64,000 nt of DNA from NCBI GenBank assembly GCA_046290465.1, contig JBKAGP010000001.1, forward strand, positions 3,776,001-3,840,000, read 5' to 3'. A program made the position numbers and the translations under genes. Positions 26,545 through 36,636 of the stretch are shown one piece after another. Within the stretch, counting starts at the first letter, position 1. The number at the start of each line of letters is the position of its first letter. The notes beneath the pieces are model-generated. The model saw only the letters and a list, made by a program, of their open reading frames with translations, ran no database searches and was not told where the DNA came from. Source of the DNA: Planctomycetota bacterium (GTDB lineage Bacteria > Planctomycetota > UBA1135 > UBA2386).

Positions 26545-28041
26545 CTACTCGAGCACGACGACGCGCGTCACCTGCTGGTTGACGCCGAGCCCGCCGATGG
26601 CGAACGCGACGATCGCGCGGCCGGCGTCGTCGAGGCCGCCGTGGAACTCGCCGATCGTCTGCATCGGCTCCGGGATCCGGTAGAGCAACCGGTCCAGCTC
26701 GCTCTGGGCGCGCGGCCGGCTGCGCTGAAACGCGAGTTCCCTGCCGTCGGCGCTGCGCAGCAGCCCCCAGGTCTCGGCCCGCACCGGCGACTGCAGCAGC
26801 TTGCGTTCGAACGTCGTCGCCGAGAACGCGTTGGGGATGCTGACCCAGCCGTCGCGTTCGAGCCGCACGAACTGCCGGTAGGCGTTGCCGATGCCGCTGA
26901 CGTTGAGTTCGACGACCGTCGAGCCGGCGACGCCGGTCCGCACCGCCTCGATGCCGAGGAACGTGAAGCCGGGCCCCGGCTCCCAGACCACCAGGTCGAC
27001 GGCGTCGCCGAGCCCGGTCTCCGGCTCGAACCGCCGGCCGCGCAGGATCCACCGCGGGTCGTCGCGCACGGTCCACAGCAGCCAGCCGCTGCCGTCCGCG
27101 GCCACGTCCCAGCGCGGCTGCGGCGTCAGGCCGGCTTCCTCGAACTCCAACGGCACCTGGCTGCCCGCCGCGAAGCGAACGAAGCGCAGCTTGCCCGGCT
27201 CGCCCCACGCGCCCGACACCGCCCCGTCGTCGGCGATGCGCGGCGTCGGCCCGTAGATCGTCACGTACGGGATGCGGTCGAAGGCCAGCCCGTCCGCGCC
27301 GAGCACCCAGAAGCCACCCTGGCCGGGGAGCACGGTGTTCTCGCGCGTGAACGTCACCACGTCGCCGCGCGTGTTGAGGTCGATCGGCCCGCTGGTCGCC
27401 GGCATCAGCACGCGGTCGCGTTCGCCGTCGAGACCGGTGCGCACCAGCCACTGCTCGGTGGCCACCGGGTCGTACTCGACCTGCACCGCGCGGCCGTCGC
27501 CGAACGGCAGCGCGTCAGGTCGCAGGTTGGTGGACCGTTCGACGGTGCCGGTGGCGGTGACCTCGAACCACCGCTGGTCCGCGCAGACGGCGCTGCGACC
27601 GTTGGGCCAGACCATCACCCGCTCGACGGTGACGCCCGCGAGGTCGTAGCTGCGCAACGTCGCCGCTTCGCGCACGGCGAAGCGAGCCACGGGTCCCTGC
27701 GTCCGCGACGCGATCTCGACCGTGCTGCCGCGCGGCAGCTGGTTCTGCGGAACCCAGCGCCAGGTGCCGCCGCCGACCAGCACGAACGTGCCGGGCAGCT
27801 GGTTGACGCCATCGCCGACGGTGACGTCGCCGTTGGGCGAGCCGCCGATCGGCAGCGCGACCTCGATGCGCACCTCGGCCGTCGGTTCGACGTCGGCGGC
27901 GCCGTCGGCCGGCTCGGTGCGCAGGATCGTCGGAGTGGTCGCGAACGGCGCGTTGGCGCCGCCGCCGTTGCTGCAGGCCGCGAACGTCGCCGCGGCCAAC
28001 AGCACGCAGACGGACGGACGCAGGGGTTTCGAGGGGGTCAT
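26545..28041 (-). CDS. Lipoprotein with N-terminal Ig-like domain (paralog A)
   Basis: ATG 28041 after GGAGA; lipobox FAA|C; TEPADGAADVEPTAEV Ig-like start. Confidence 0.75.
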   Translation of the reverse strand: MTPSKPLRPSVCVLLAAATFAACSNGGGANAPFATTPTILRTEPADGAADVEPTAEVRIEVALPIGGSPNGDVTVGDGVNQLPGTFVLVGGGTWRWVPQNQLPRGSTVEIASRTQGPVARFAVREAATLRSYDLAGVTVERVMVWPNGRSAVCADQRWFEVTATGTVERSTNLRPDALPFGDGRAVQVEYDPVATEQWLVRTGLDGERDRVLMPATSGPIDLNTRGDVVTFTRENTVLPGQGGFWVLGADGLAFDRIPYVTIYGPTPRIADDGAVSGAWGEPGKLRFVRFAAGSQVPLEFEEAGLTPQPRWDVAADGSGWLLWTVRDDPRWILRGRRFEPETGLGDAVDLVVWEPGPGFTFLGIEAVRTGVAGSTVVELNVSGIGNAYRQFVRLERDGWVSIPNAFSATTFERKLLQSPVRAETWGLLRSADGRELAFQRSRPRAQSELDRLLYRIPEPMQTIGEFHGGLDDAGRAIVAFAIGGLGVNQQVTRVVVLE

Positions 28042-28100
28042 GTTCTCTCCAGTCGACTCACGGGTCCGGCGACCGCCGCAGAGCTTACCCGATCCCGCAC

Positions 28101-29666
28101 CTACTCGAGCACCACGACGTGCGCGGCGGTCGCGGCGTTGCCCGGCTGCACGGTCTGGTAGACCGAGAACATCCGGCCGCTCTCGTCGGCGAGCGGGCCC
28201 TCGGTGAGCTCCCACAGCGGATCGATCGGCGCCAACGGGATGCCGGGATCGGCGATCTGCTCGCTCTCGGTGCCGGGTCGGCTGCGCCAACCGATCGCGA
28301 CCGTCGCGTACGGCGCGAGCAGCAGGTACGGCCGCACCCAGAACTCGGCGCGGCCCGGCGCCAGGATGATCTCGTTGGTGCCGCTGCCGGTCGCGTAGGC
28401 CCACGGCTCGCTGGTCCAGCCGTCGGGCTCGACGCGCAGCGCCTCCTGACGGGTCGAGTAGACGCCGACGCCCTGGGTCTGCAGCCGCAGCAGCACCGAG
28501 CCACCGCGGCCGGCGAGCGCCGCGAAGCGATCGGGTTCGAACGACAGCAGCGGCAGCGCCAGGCGGTCCGCCCACCGGTGCAGTTCGACGGCCGCCCCGA
28601 GCCCGACTCCGGGTTGGTAGCGGGCGCCGTAGAGCGTGCCCGAACCGCCGAGGAGCGGGCCCGGCGACTCGACCTCGAACCAGAACGCCCAGCCGGCGCC
28701 GTGCTTGTCCTGCGCCACGTAGGTGTACAGGAAGCCCTCGGGCAGCGCCGTGATCTCGGCGTCCAGGCTGCCGCGCGCGAAGCGGCGCAGCTCGGGCTGC
28801 GGCAGGTCCGCCACGATCGACACGGCGCCGTCGTCGGCGATGTGCGGCAGGCGGAACACCGCCAGCTGCGGCTCGACGTCGGTCGGACCCGCCAGCTCCC
28901 AGGCCACCGCGTCGTGGTCGAGCCGCCACAGGCCGCGCTCGGACGGCTCCGGGTGCGAACCCGACACGAACATCACGAAGTCGCCGCGGCCGTTGACCGC
29001 CACCGGCCCGGTCACCGAAGGCGGCAGCGTGCGGTCACGTTCGCCGTCGAGCCCGCCGCGCACGCTCCACCACTGCTGGCTGCTCGGGTCCTGTTCGTAC
29101 CACAGCGCCTCGCCGTCGCCGTAGGCGAAGATCGTGTCCGGCATCTGCACGAAGCGCTCGACCAGGCCGCCATCGGTGACCTCGAACCAGCGTCCGTCGG
29201 CACGCAGCGCCGCACGCCCGTTGGGCCAGACCCGCAGCGCGCTCGCCGTCATGCCCGGCAGTTCGTAGCTGCGCTGCGCATCGGCCTCGCGCACCGAGAA
29301 CGACGCGACGGCACCCTGCGATCGCGAACGGATCTCGATGCGGTTGCCGCGCGGCAGTTGGCCGAGCGGCTGCCATCGCCAGCGGATCCCACCGAGCGCC
29401 ACCAGTTCGCCGTCGAGCTCGTTGCCGCCATCGTAGACGGTGATGTCGCCGACCGGCGTGCCGCCCTCGGGCAGCGCGATGTCGAGCAGCACCGGTGCGG
29501 TCGGTTCCACATCCACCGCGCCGTCGGGCGGCGAGGTGGTCAGGATCGTCGGCGTCGACACGGTCGGGATCGACGGACCGCCGCCGCCGCCACTGCAGGC
29601 TGCCGCGACTCCCAGGACGACCACGAGCGTGCCGAACGTCCGCATCGAGGGCAGCGGGGTCGGCAT
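28101..29666 (-). CDS. Lipoprotein with N-terminal Ig-like domain (paralog B)
   Basis: Lipobox AAA|C; TSPPDGAVDVEPTAPV; colinear with the downstream gene, both end VVVLE. Confidence 0.75.
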   Translation of the reverse strand: MPTPLPSMRTFGTLVVVLGVAAACSGGGGGPSIPTVSTPTILTTSPPDGAVDVEPTAPVLLDIALPEGGTPVGDITVYDGGNELDGELVALGGIRWRWQPLGQLPRGNRIEIRSRSQGAVASFSVREADAQRSYELPGMTASALRVWPNGRAALRADGRWFEVTDGGLVERFVQMPDTIFAYGDGEALWYEQDPSSQQWWSVRGGLDGERDRTLPPSVTGPVAVNGRGDFVMFVSGSHPEPSERGLWRLDHDAVAWELAGPTDVEPQLAVFRLPHIADDGAVSIVADLPQPELRRFARGSLDAEITALPEGFLYTYVAQDKHGAGWAFWFEVESPGPLLGGSGTLYGARYQPGVGLGAAVELHRWADRLALPLLSFEPDRFAALAGRGGSVLLRLQTQGVGVYSTRQEALRVEPDGWTSEPWAYATGSGTNEIILAPGRAEFWVRPYLLLAPYATVAIGWRSRPGTESEQIADPGIPLAPIDPLWELTEGPLADESGRMFSVYQTVQPGNAATAAHVVVLE

Positions 29667-29849
29667 CGCCGACGAGTATCGCACGACCGGACGCAGGTAA
29701 CAGGTCCCCTGGACGCGCCTCGCTGCTGCGCAACGAGCGCGCCGGTGCGCGCACGCCCCACGGCCGCCGTGGCAGGGAACTCCCACGAAGCGTGCCCGCC
29801 GCGGGCGAACGGTCGCTATCCTGTTCGCCCCCGAACCGGGACCAACGCC

Positions 29850-31580
29850 GTGACCGACCTGCACCAACATCTCCGCGAGCGCGTGCTCGCCGCCGTCGCC
29901 GAACTCGGCCTCGACCGCTCGCAGGTCGAAGGCCTCGTGCGCCTCGATCCGCCGAAGAACCGCGACCACGGTGACGTGGCGCTCGGCTCGTTCCAGCTGG
30001 CCAAGCTCGCCAAGCAGCCGCCGCCGGCGTTCGCCGCCGCGCTGGTCGAGAAGATCACCCCCGACGACGTCATCGAGTCGGCGCAGGCGGCCGGTCCGTT
30101 CGTCAACTTCAGGTTCCGGCGCGCGGCGATGGCCAGGCAGGTGCTGACCGCGATCTGCACGGATGCGGCGCCCTACGGCAAGGCCGCGAGCAACGAGCAG
30201 GTCGTGTGCATCGACTTCAGCTCGCCGAACATCGCCAAGCCGTTCCATATCGGCCACATGCGCAGCACGGTGCTCGGCAACGCGCTGTGTCGCATCCACC
30301 GCCACCTCGGCGCCGAGGTGCACGGCATCAACCACCTAAGGGACTGGGGGATGCCGTTCGCGAAGATGATGACGGCGTACATGCACTTCGGTGACGAGGC
30401 CGAACTGCACAAGTCCCCGATGCGCTACATGTTCGAGCTCTACAAGCGGTACGGCAAGGAGGCCGAGGCCAACCCGGAGCTCGACGTCGAGGCCGCCCGG
30501 CACTTCAAGGCGCTCGAGTCCGGCGAGGACAACGAAGAACGCCGCATGTGGCAGCTGCTGCGCGACGAATCCCTGGAGGCGTTCCAGGGTCCGTACTCGC
30601 GTCTCGGCGTGACCTTCGACCACATCACCGGCGAGTCGTTCTTCGAGGACAAGATGGAAGCCGCGATGCAGCGCGTCGAGGCCGCTGGCGTACTCGAACA
30701 GAGCGAGGGAGCCGAAGTCGTCACGCTCAAGGAGCAGGGCATCAAGGTCCCGTGCCTGCTGCGCAAGTCGGACGGCACGACGCTCTACCACACTCGCGAC
30801 CTGGCGGCGGCCTTCTACCGCGAAGAGCAGTACCACCCGACGCGCATCCTCTACATCGTCGGGGCCGAACAGAAGCTGCACTTCGCGCAGCTGAAGGGTG
30901 TGCTCACCAAGATGAAGGAGCCGGTCGCCGACGCGGTCGAGCACGTGCCGTTCGGCCTGGTGCTGTCGAAGGGCCCGGAGGGCAAGTGGGAGAAGTTCGC
31001 GTCGCGCAGCGGCAACGCGGTCTTCCTCGACGAGATCCTCGACGAATCCGTCAACAAGGTGCAGAAGGTCATCGCCGAGAAGAACCCCGATCTCGACGAC
31101 AAGGACGCCGTTGCCGAGCAGGTTGGCGTGTCGGCGATCGTCTTCAACGACCTGAAGAACGGCCGCATCAAGGACGTCAAGTTCGACTGGGACACGATGC
31201 TCAACTTCGAGGGTGAGACCGGGCCGTACGTGCAGTATGCCTGCGCCCGCCTGAGCTCGATCCTGCGCAAGGCCGGCGGCGACGTCCCGGACGTCACCAG
31301 CATCGACTTCGCCCATCTCGCCGACGCCGAGAACGTGCTGCTGACGATGATGGCGTTCGGCAGTGCGGTGCAGCGCGCCGCCGACCAGTCGGAGCCGAGC
31401 GTCGTGACCAACTACACGATCGCGCTCGCCGGCGAGATCCACAGCTACCTGGTCGACCACCACGTGCTCGGCGCCGAGCCGGCCGTTCGCGACGCGCGCC
31501 TGGTGCTCGTCGACGCCGCCCGCAAGCTGCTGACGACCGGCCTGGACCTGATCGGGATCGCGGCGCCCGAGCGCATGTAG
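29850..31580 (+). CDS. argS: Arginine--tRNA ligase
   Basis: IDFSSPNIAKPFHIGHMRS (HIGH), KSDGTTLYHTRDLA, EQKLHF, FEGETGPYVQYACAR, C-terminal GIAAPERM. Confidence 0.96.
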   Translation: MTDLHQHLRERVLAAVAELGLDRSQVEGLVRLDPPKNRDHGDVALGSFQLAKLAKQPPPAFAAALVEKITPDDVIESAQAAGPFVNFRFRRAAMARQVLTAICTDAAPYGKAASNEQVVCIDFSSPNIAKPFHIGHMRSTVLGNALCRIHRHLGAEVHGINHLRDWGMPFAKMMTAYMHFGDEAELHKSPMRYMFELYKRYGKEAEANPELDVEAARHFKALESGEDNEERRMWQLLRDESLEAFQGPYSRLGVTFDHITGESFFEDKMEAAMQRVEAAGVLEQSEGAEVVTLKEQGIKVPCLLRKSDGTTLYHTRDLAAAFYREEQYHPTRILYIVGAEQKLHFAQLKGVLTKMKEPVADAVEHVPFGLVLSKGPEGKWEKFASRSGNAVFLDEILDESVNKVQKVIAEKNPDLDDKDAVAEQVGVSAIVFNDLKNGRIKDVKFDWDTMLNFEGETGPYVQYACARLSSILRKAGGDVPDVTSIDFAHLADAENVLLTMMAFGSAVQRAADQSEPSVVTNYTIALAGEIHSYLVDHHVLGAEPAVRDARLVLVDAARKLLTTGLDLIGIAAPERM

Positions 31581-31709
31581 GCGACGGCGCCGCCCGGTGC
31601 ATCAGCGGGCCTTAGCCTGCAGCACGGTCTCGAGCTGCTGCATTGGCGAGACGTCTCCCGACCACATGGTCCACCAGCTCTGCGCCGCCGACAAGGCCGT
31701 CGGGCCGCC

Positions 31710-32597
31710 TCAGCTCGCGGCGAGTTCCACCAGCCGCGAAGCCGCCGTCGGACCGCGGCCGAGGACCGTGCGGTGCACGGCGAACACCGGCGTCGGCGCG
31801 ATCGACACGGCTTCGACGCGGCGCAGGTCGCCACCGTGCTGCGCCGCGAGCACGTCGGGCAGCACCGCCAGCATGCCCTGGGTCAGGCACAGCTCGAGGC
31901 CGACGCGCAGCTGGTCGGCCGTGACCGCGATGCGTCGCTGCAGCTCGGGTGGCCAGCCGTCGGGGGTCGTGCCGTCCCGCAGCTGCGGCGGCGCGACGAA
32001 GTCGAGGTCCGCGAGCCGTGCCGGCTGGAGGTCGCCTTCGTCGAACAGCGCGTGCCCGCGCGGCACGTAGACCGCGCGCGTCAGGTCGGCGATCCGCCGC
32101 ACGGTCAGGCTGTCGTGCTGGATCGGATCCTCCTGGAACGCGACGTCCAGTTCGCCGCGCATCAGTTCGGTCAGGATCACGCCGAGCGGACGCGTCAGCA
32201 GCTGGGGCACCACCTCGGGATGCTCCTGGCGCAGCCGCTGCACGGCGGGAGCGACCAGCGCGGTGGTGCCGGCACCGAGCGACGAGATCCGCAGGGGGCC
32301 GGTGAGCCCGGTCTGCGCCAACTCGTGGCGCGCGTCGTCGACGCGGCGCATCGCCTCGCGCACCGCGGCCAGCAGCGCCTCGCCGTGGTGGTTGAGCCGC
32401 AGCGTGCGCCCGGTCCGTTCGAACAGTTGCTGGCCGAGCGCGCGCTCGAGCAGGCCGAGCGTTCGCGACAGCGACGACGCCCCGACGCCGCAGATCGTCG
32501 CCGCGCTCGGCAGGTGCTCGGTCTCGGCGATCGCGCGGAACTGCGGCAACCACGGCCAGATCGAGAGCAGGCTGCGCATCGGAGCCAGGCCATCCAT
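31710..32597 (-). CDS. LysR family transcriptional regulator
   Basis: FRAIAETEHLPSAA...SSLSRTLGLLERALGQQLFERTGRTLRLNHHG HTH; substrate-binding domain. Confidence 0.9.
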   Translation of the reverse strand: MDGLAPMRSLLSIWPWLPQFRAIAETEHLPSAATICGVGASSLSRTLGLLERALGQQLFERTGRTLRLNHHGEALLAAVREAMRRVDDARHELAQTGLTGPLRISSLGAGTTALVAPAVQRLRQEHPEVVPQLLTRPLGVILTELMRGELDVAFQEDPIQHDSLTVRRIADLTRAVYVPRGHALFDEGDLQPARLADLDFVAPPQLRDGTTPDGWPPELQRRIAVTADQLRVGLELCLTQGMLAVLPDVLAAQHGGDLRRVEAVSIAPTPVFAVHRTVLGRGPTAASRLVELAAS

Positions 32598-32720
32598 GCA
32601 CGGATTCGAATGGTGGCTTCGAAACATTGCAAGGAACGCAACAGATGCCGCCGCGAACCAGTCGCCCGTCGCCGTGACTCCCCTGCGGCGAATCGACCCA
32701 ACACCCTTCTGCTGAACAAG

Positions 32721-33803
32721 ATGAAGCTGCTTTCCATCCTCGCGGGCGCCCTCCTGGCGGTCTCCGCATCTGCCCAACACTTCGGCACGGTCTTCTCCCT
32801 CGACAACGATCCCACCGACAACCGCGTGCACGTGATGTTCCGCGGTCCGACCGGCAACCTGATCCCCGTCGGCTCCCACTCGACCGGCGGCACCGGCACC
32901 GGCAGCGGCCTCGGCTCGCAGGGCGCCCTCGCGACCAACAAGTCGGGTCGCACGCTGCTGGCCGTCAACCCGGGCAGCAACGAGGTCTCGATGTTCCGCG
33001 TGATCGCGGGCATCTACCCGGTCCTGCTCGACCGCGAGCCGAGCGGCGGCATGCGGCCGACGAGCGTCGCCGTGCACGGCCGGCTGGTCTACGTGCTCAA
33101 CGCGGACAGTGACTCGATCACCGGCTTCCGGCGCCGCGGCCCGCGCCTGATCCCGATCGCCGGCGCCACCTACCCGCTCAGCGGCGCCAGCGTCGCGGCG
33201 GCACAGGTCGGCTTCAGCCCGGACGGCAGCCACCTCGTCGTGACCGAACGTGCGACCGACACGATCGCGGTGTTCCCGGTCAAGCCCAACGGCAGGCTCG
33301 GCAACGCGCAGTTCGTGCCGTCGGCCGGCCCGACGCCGTTCGGGTTCCTGTTCCGCGACGACGGCACGTTGGTCGTCAGCGAGGCCGCGGGCGGCGCCGC
33401 CGGCGCGAGCGTCGTGTCGAGCTACTACATCGACGGCAACGGCGGCCTGCAGGTCGTCACCGGCGCCGCCGCGACCAACCAGGCCGCCGCGTGCTGGATC
33501 GCGATCCCGAAGAACGGCGACTTCGCCTACACCACCAACACCGCCGACGGCACGCTGTCCGGGTTCTCGCTCGACGCGACCGGCAACCTGGCGCTGCTCG
33601 ACCCGAGCGGCGTGACCGGCAACCTCGGCGCGGCGGCGCGGCCGATCGACTTCGACTTCACCGCCAACGGCCGGTTCCTCTACGTGCTCGACTCGGCGGG
33701 CGACGAGATCCGCGGCTTCTACCGGAAGCCGGACGGCAGCCTGCTGCCGCTGTCGGTCCAGGTGCCGCTGGCCGACGGCCACGCCGGCCTGCTGGCGCGC
33801 TGA
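32721..33803 (+). CDS. Secreted lactonase-family beta-propeller protein
   Basis: Signal peptide; LLAVNPGSNEVSMF, VYVLNA, VGFSPDG, ACWIAI..NGDFAYTTN, GRFLYVL blades; divergent from LysR. Confidence 0.8.
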   Translation: MKLLSILAGALLAVSASAQHFGTVFSLDNDPTDNRVHVMFRGPTGNLIPVGSHSTGGTGTGSGLGSQGALATNKSGRTLLAVNPGSNEVSMFRVIAGIYPVLLDREPSGGMRPTSVAVHGRLVYVLNADSDSITGFRRRGPRLIPIAGATYPLSGASVAAAQVGFSPDGSHLVVTERATDTIAVFPVKPNGRLGNAQFVPSAGPTPFGFLFRDDGTLVVSEAAGGAAGASVVSSYYIDGNGGLQVVTGAAATNQAAACWIAIPKNGDFAYTTNTADGTLSGFSLDATGNLALLDPSGVTGNLGAAARPIDFDFTANGRFLYVLDSAGDEIRGFYRKPDGSLLPLSVQVPLADGHAGLLAR

Positions 33804-33837
33804 TCGCAATCGGCGGACGCTGCGCCGCCGGCCCCGC

Positions 33838-35550
33838 TCACTTCGGCAGGAACGGCTCGACGCCGTGGCCCCAGCAGCGGTTGCAGGTGCCAGGCACAAA
33901 CACCTTGCGGTGCACGAAGTTGCCCTGCCGCACGACGTTGCCCACGCGCAGGCGCCGCTGCTCCCAGCGGTAGCCGTTGATCTTGTCGTAGACGAGCACC
34001 TCGCGCCAACGGCGCTCGACGCCATCGCCACCACAGCGGCCGCACTCGGCCAGCAGTTCCGCCGCGGCCACCGGCACGATGTAGGTGCCGTTGAGTTCGT
34101 TCTTGAGGCGCGTCTGCAGCCGACCGCTCCACTGCATCAGCACGCGCTCGTAGCCGTCGCCGGTGTTGACCTTCATCGCAGACTGCCAGTTGTCGCCGTC
34201 CCACCACAGAAAGCACTTCGGCGCGTGCTCCCAGTCGATGCTGCCGTCGTAGACGACGCCGTCGACGGTCACGATGCGCTGGCCGGCGTAGCTCTTGCCC
34301 CCGACGACCACCATCGGCGTGTCGTTGCGCTCGTAGCGATCGATCTCCCACTCGGCGATGCCTCCCTTGACCAGCGCCTGGCGGAACGCGACGCGCTCCT
34401 TCTCGGCGGCGATCGCGCGCTGGCGACGTTCTTCGGCCTCTTGCTGCCGGCGGTCGCGCTCGCGCTGCTCCTCCTCGCGCTTCTTCGCGAGGGCGCGTTC
34501 GAGGGCGAGACCTCGCTCGACGCGGGCACGATCCTCGGCCTCGCGGAATTCGGTGAGCAACCGCGCACTCGTACGCTGCAAAGCGGCCCCGACGTCGTCG
34601 GCCCTTGCCAGCTCGCGCTCGTCCTCGTCCCACGAGAGCACCCGCCACGGCTCGGCCTCGCCGTCGCGCTGCACGACGACGACGCGGCGCTGCGCACTGA
34701 CGCCCGGCGCGCGGACCCAGGCGGCGCGCTCGATCTCGACGAAGTCGGCCGCGGTCCGTAGCTCCAGGTCCGTACCCGCCAGCCCGAATCCTGCGTCACC
34801 CGTTCGACGGAGCGCCCAGACCTCGACCCGACGACCTTCGCCGAACGACAGCGGCCGAACCTCTGCGTACGGTCCGTCGCCGACGAAGCGTCGTTCGGTC
34901 GCCACGCGCACCCCGTCCGCGCTGCGGACCAGCCAGACCTTGCCGAGGCCAACCGCGTCGAACGGCTCGAGCGGTGCGGTCGTGCGCGGCCGCAGATCGC
35001 GATCGACGTAGTCGATCAGTTGGTCGCCGCGCCGCACCAGCAGCCCGCCCGCGGCCAATTCGAAGTCGTCGCCGGCGACGCGTGCGAGTTCGCGACCGGC
35101 GGCGTCGATGCGGATCAGTGCCGTCTGCTCGTCGAGCAACACGTAATGGCCGAGGAATCCCTCGGCGACAGCGCGGAACACGTGGTTCCAACCGTTCATG
35201 ACCGCCACCGGCTCATCGGCCCGACGACGCAGCCAGTCACGGCTGCCGCGATCACGCACGAAGAAGGTCCGGTCGTCGGTCACCCGCAGCTGCTCCCATG
35301 GCCCCCACGGCACCACCTGCTCAGCGAGTTCGTCGCCGCGCAGCCGCCACAGCGACTGCTCCGGCGCCCGCGGGTTGCCGCGCCACTGGATGCGATACAG
35401 CTGACCGCCGTAGCTCTCCAGGTCGTCGTCGGACGCATCGTGCAACCCCGTCGACGATGTCGGATCGACCCAGTCGTCGGGGTAGGACGCGCACGCCGCG
35501 AACAGGAAGGGCAGGGGCCACCAGATCGTGTTCCGCATCGCCCGCATCAT
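33838..35550 (-). CDS. Lipoprotein with coiled coil and C-terminal DnaJ-type CxxCxGxG zinc-finger pair
   Basis: Lipobox FAA|C; E/R/Q-rich coil; CGRCGGDG and CNRCWGHG. Confidence 0.7.
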   Translation of the reverse strand: MMRAMRNTIWWPLPFLFAACASYPDDWVDPTSSTGLHDASDDDLESYGGQLYRIQWRGNPRAPEQSLWRLRGDELAEQVVPWGPWEQLRVTDDRTFFVRDRGSRDWLRRRADEPVAVMNGWNHVFRAVAEGFLGHYVLLDEQTALIRIDAAGRELARVAGDDFELAAGGLLVRRGDQLIDYVDRDLRPRTTAPLEPFDAVGLGKVWLVRSADGVRVATERRFVGDGPYAEVRPLSFGEGRRVEVWALRRTGDAGFGLAGTDLELRTAADFVEIERAAWVRAPGVSAQRRVVVVQRDGEAEPWRVLSWDEDERELARADDVGAALQRTSARLLTEFREAEDRARVERGLALERALAKKREEEQRERDRRQQEAEERRQRAIAAEKERVAFRQALVKGGIAEWEIDRYERNDTPMVVVGGKSYAGQRIVTVDGVVYDGSIDWEHAPKCFLWWDGDNWQSAMKVNTGDGYERVLMQWSGRLQTRLKNELNGTYIVPVAAAELLAECGRCGGDGVERRWREVLVYDKINGYRWEQRRLRVGNVVRQGNFVHRKVFVPGTCNRCWGHGVEPFLPK

Positions 35551-35766
35551 CGACGCCAGCCGAGCGACCGATCAAGCGGTGCACGCGCGGCGCTGCTATC
35601 GTGCCCCATGTTCGACCGGGATCCTCGATGCCACCGCAGCGTGCTCGCCACGCTGCGGCTGCTGACCGCCGCCTGCACCCGGGATGCAACGCCCCACCGC
35701 CGACCAGCTCAGCCCGCGCGTTCACTTTCGCGAACCGATCGCTCCCCTCCACGTAGAATGCGCGCC

Positions 35767-36534
35767 ATGATCCGTTCGACCCTTCCGGTGGCCTTCGCGC
35801 TCGCCGCCGCTGCCTGCAGCGGCACCGAGCGCCACCCGCAGGCCGCCGTCGAGACGACGACCCGGAGGCAGATGATGCGACCCGAAACCGACACCCACGT
35901 ACGGCCGGCGATCGACCTCGAAGCGCCCGCCGCGTTCCAGACCGCCACGTTCGCCCTCGGTTGATTCTGGGGACCCGACTCCCGGTTCGGGAGTCTCGAC
36001 GGCGTGCTGCGCACCCGCGTCGGCTACTGCGGCGGCACCACCGACGCGCCGACCTATCGCAAGATCGGCGACCACGCCGAGACCATCCAGATCGACTTCG
36101 ATCCCAAACGCATCAGCTACGACCGGCTGCTCGAGATCTTCTGGACCACGCACAACCCGTGTCGCACCGCGTGGAGCCGTCAGTACATGTCGGCGATCTT
36201 CTACGCCGACGACGCGCAGCGCGACGCGATCGAACGCACGCGCAAGCAGTTCGTCGGTGAGGACAAGGAGGTCCAGACCGAGGTCCAGCGCCTCGAGCGG
36301 TTCTGGATCGCCGAGGACTATCACCAGAAGTACCGGCTGCGGCACGAACCGGAGCTGCTCGACGAGATCCGCGCGATCTACCCGGACGAACGCGACTTCG
36401 TCGACTCGACCGCGGCGGCGCGGCTCAACGGCTACCTCGACGGGCACGGCGGCCGGCGCCAGCTCGACGCCGAGATCGGCAGGCTGGGCCTGACCGAGAA
36501 GGGCCAGCAGCACCTGCGCAAGCTCTGGCGCTGA
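35767..36534 (+). CDS. msrA: Selenocysteine-containing peptide-methionine (S)-S-oxide reductase, lipoprotein (UGA = Sec at 35962-35964)
   Basis: Reading through TGA gives TATFALG-U-FWGPD...RTRVGYCGG...PTY...DHAETIQIDFDP...QYMSAIF...FWIAEDYHQKY; TGA is at the catalytic Cys of GCFWG. Confidence 0.92.
35977..35995 (+). promoter_or_regulatory. Putative bacterial SECIS of msrA
   Basis: GACTCCC-GGTTC-GGGAGTC perfect stem starting 12 nt after the UGA; loop starts with G. Confidence 0.8.
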
Positions 36535-36636
36535 CGCGGCGCGGTCCTCAGCAGGCACGACGCGACGACGCGTGCGAGCATGGCCGCCGTCCTCGCCGAT
36601 CGGTGGCCGCCGGCCAGGGCCGGATGCGCCGGCGGG

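Noticed and set aside
32598..32720. LysR operator (two TTCGAA palindromes in an AT-richer gap)
   Set aside because: Plausible, but I could not define a convincing T-N11-A dyad by eye
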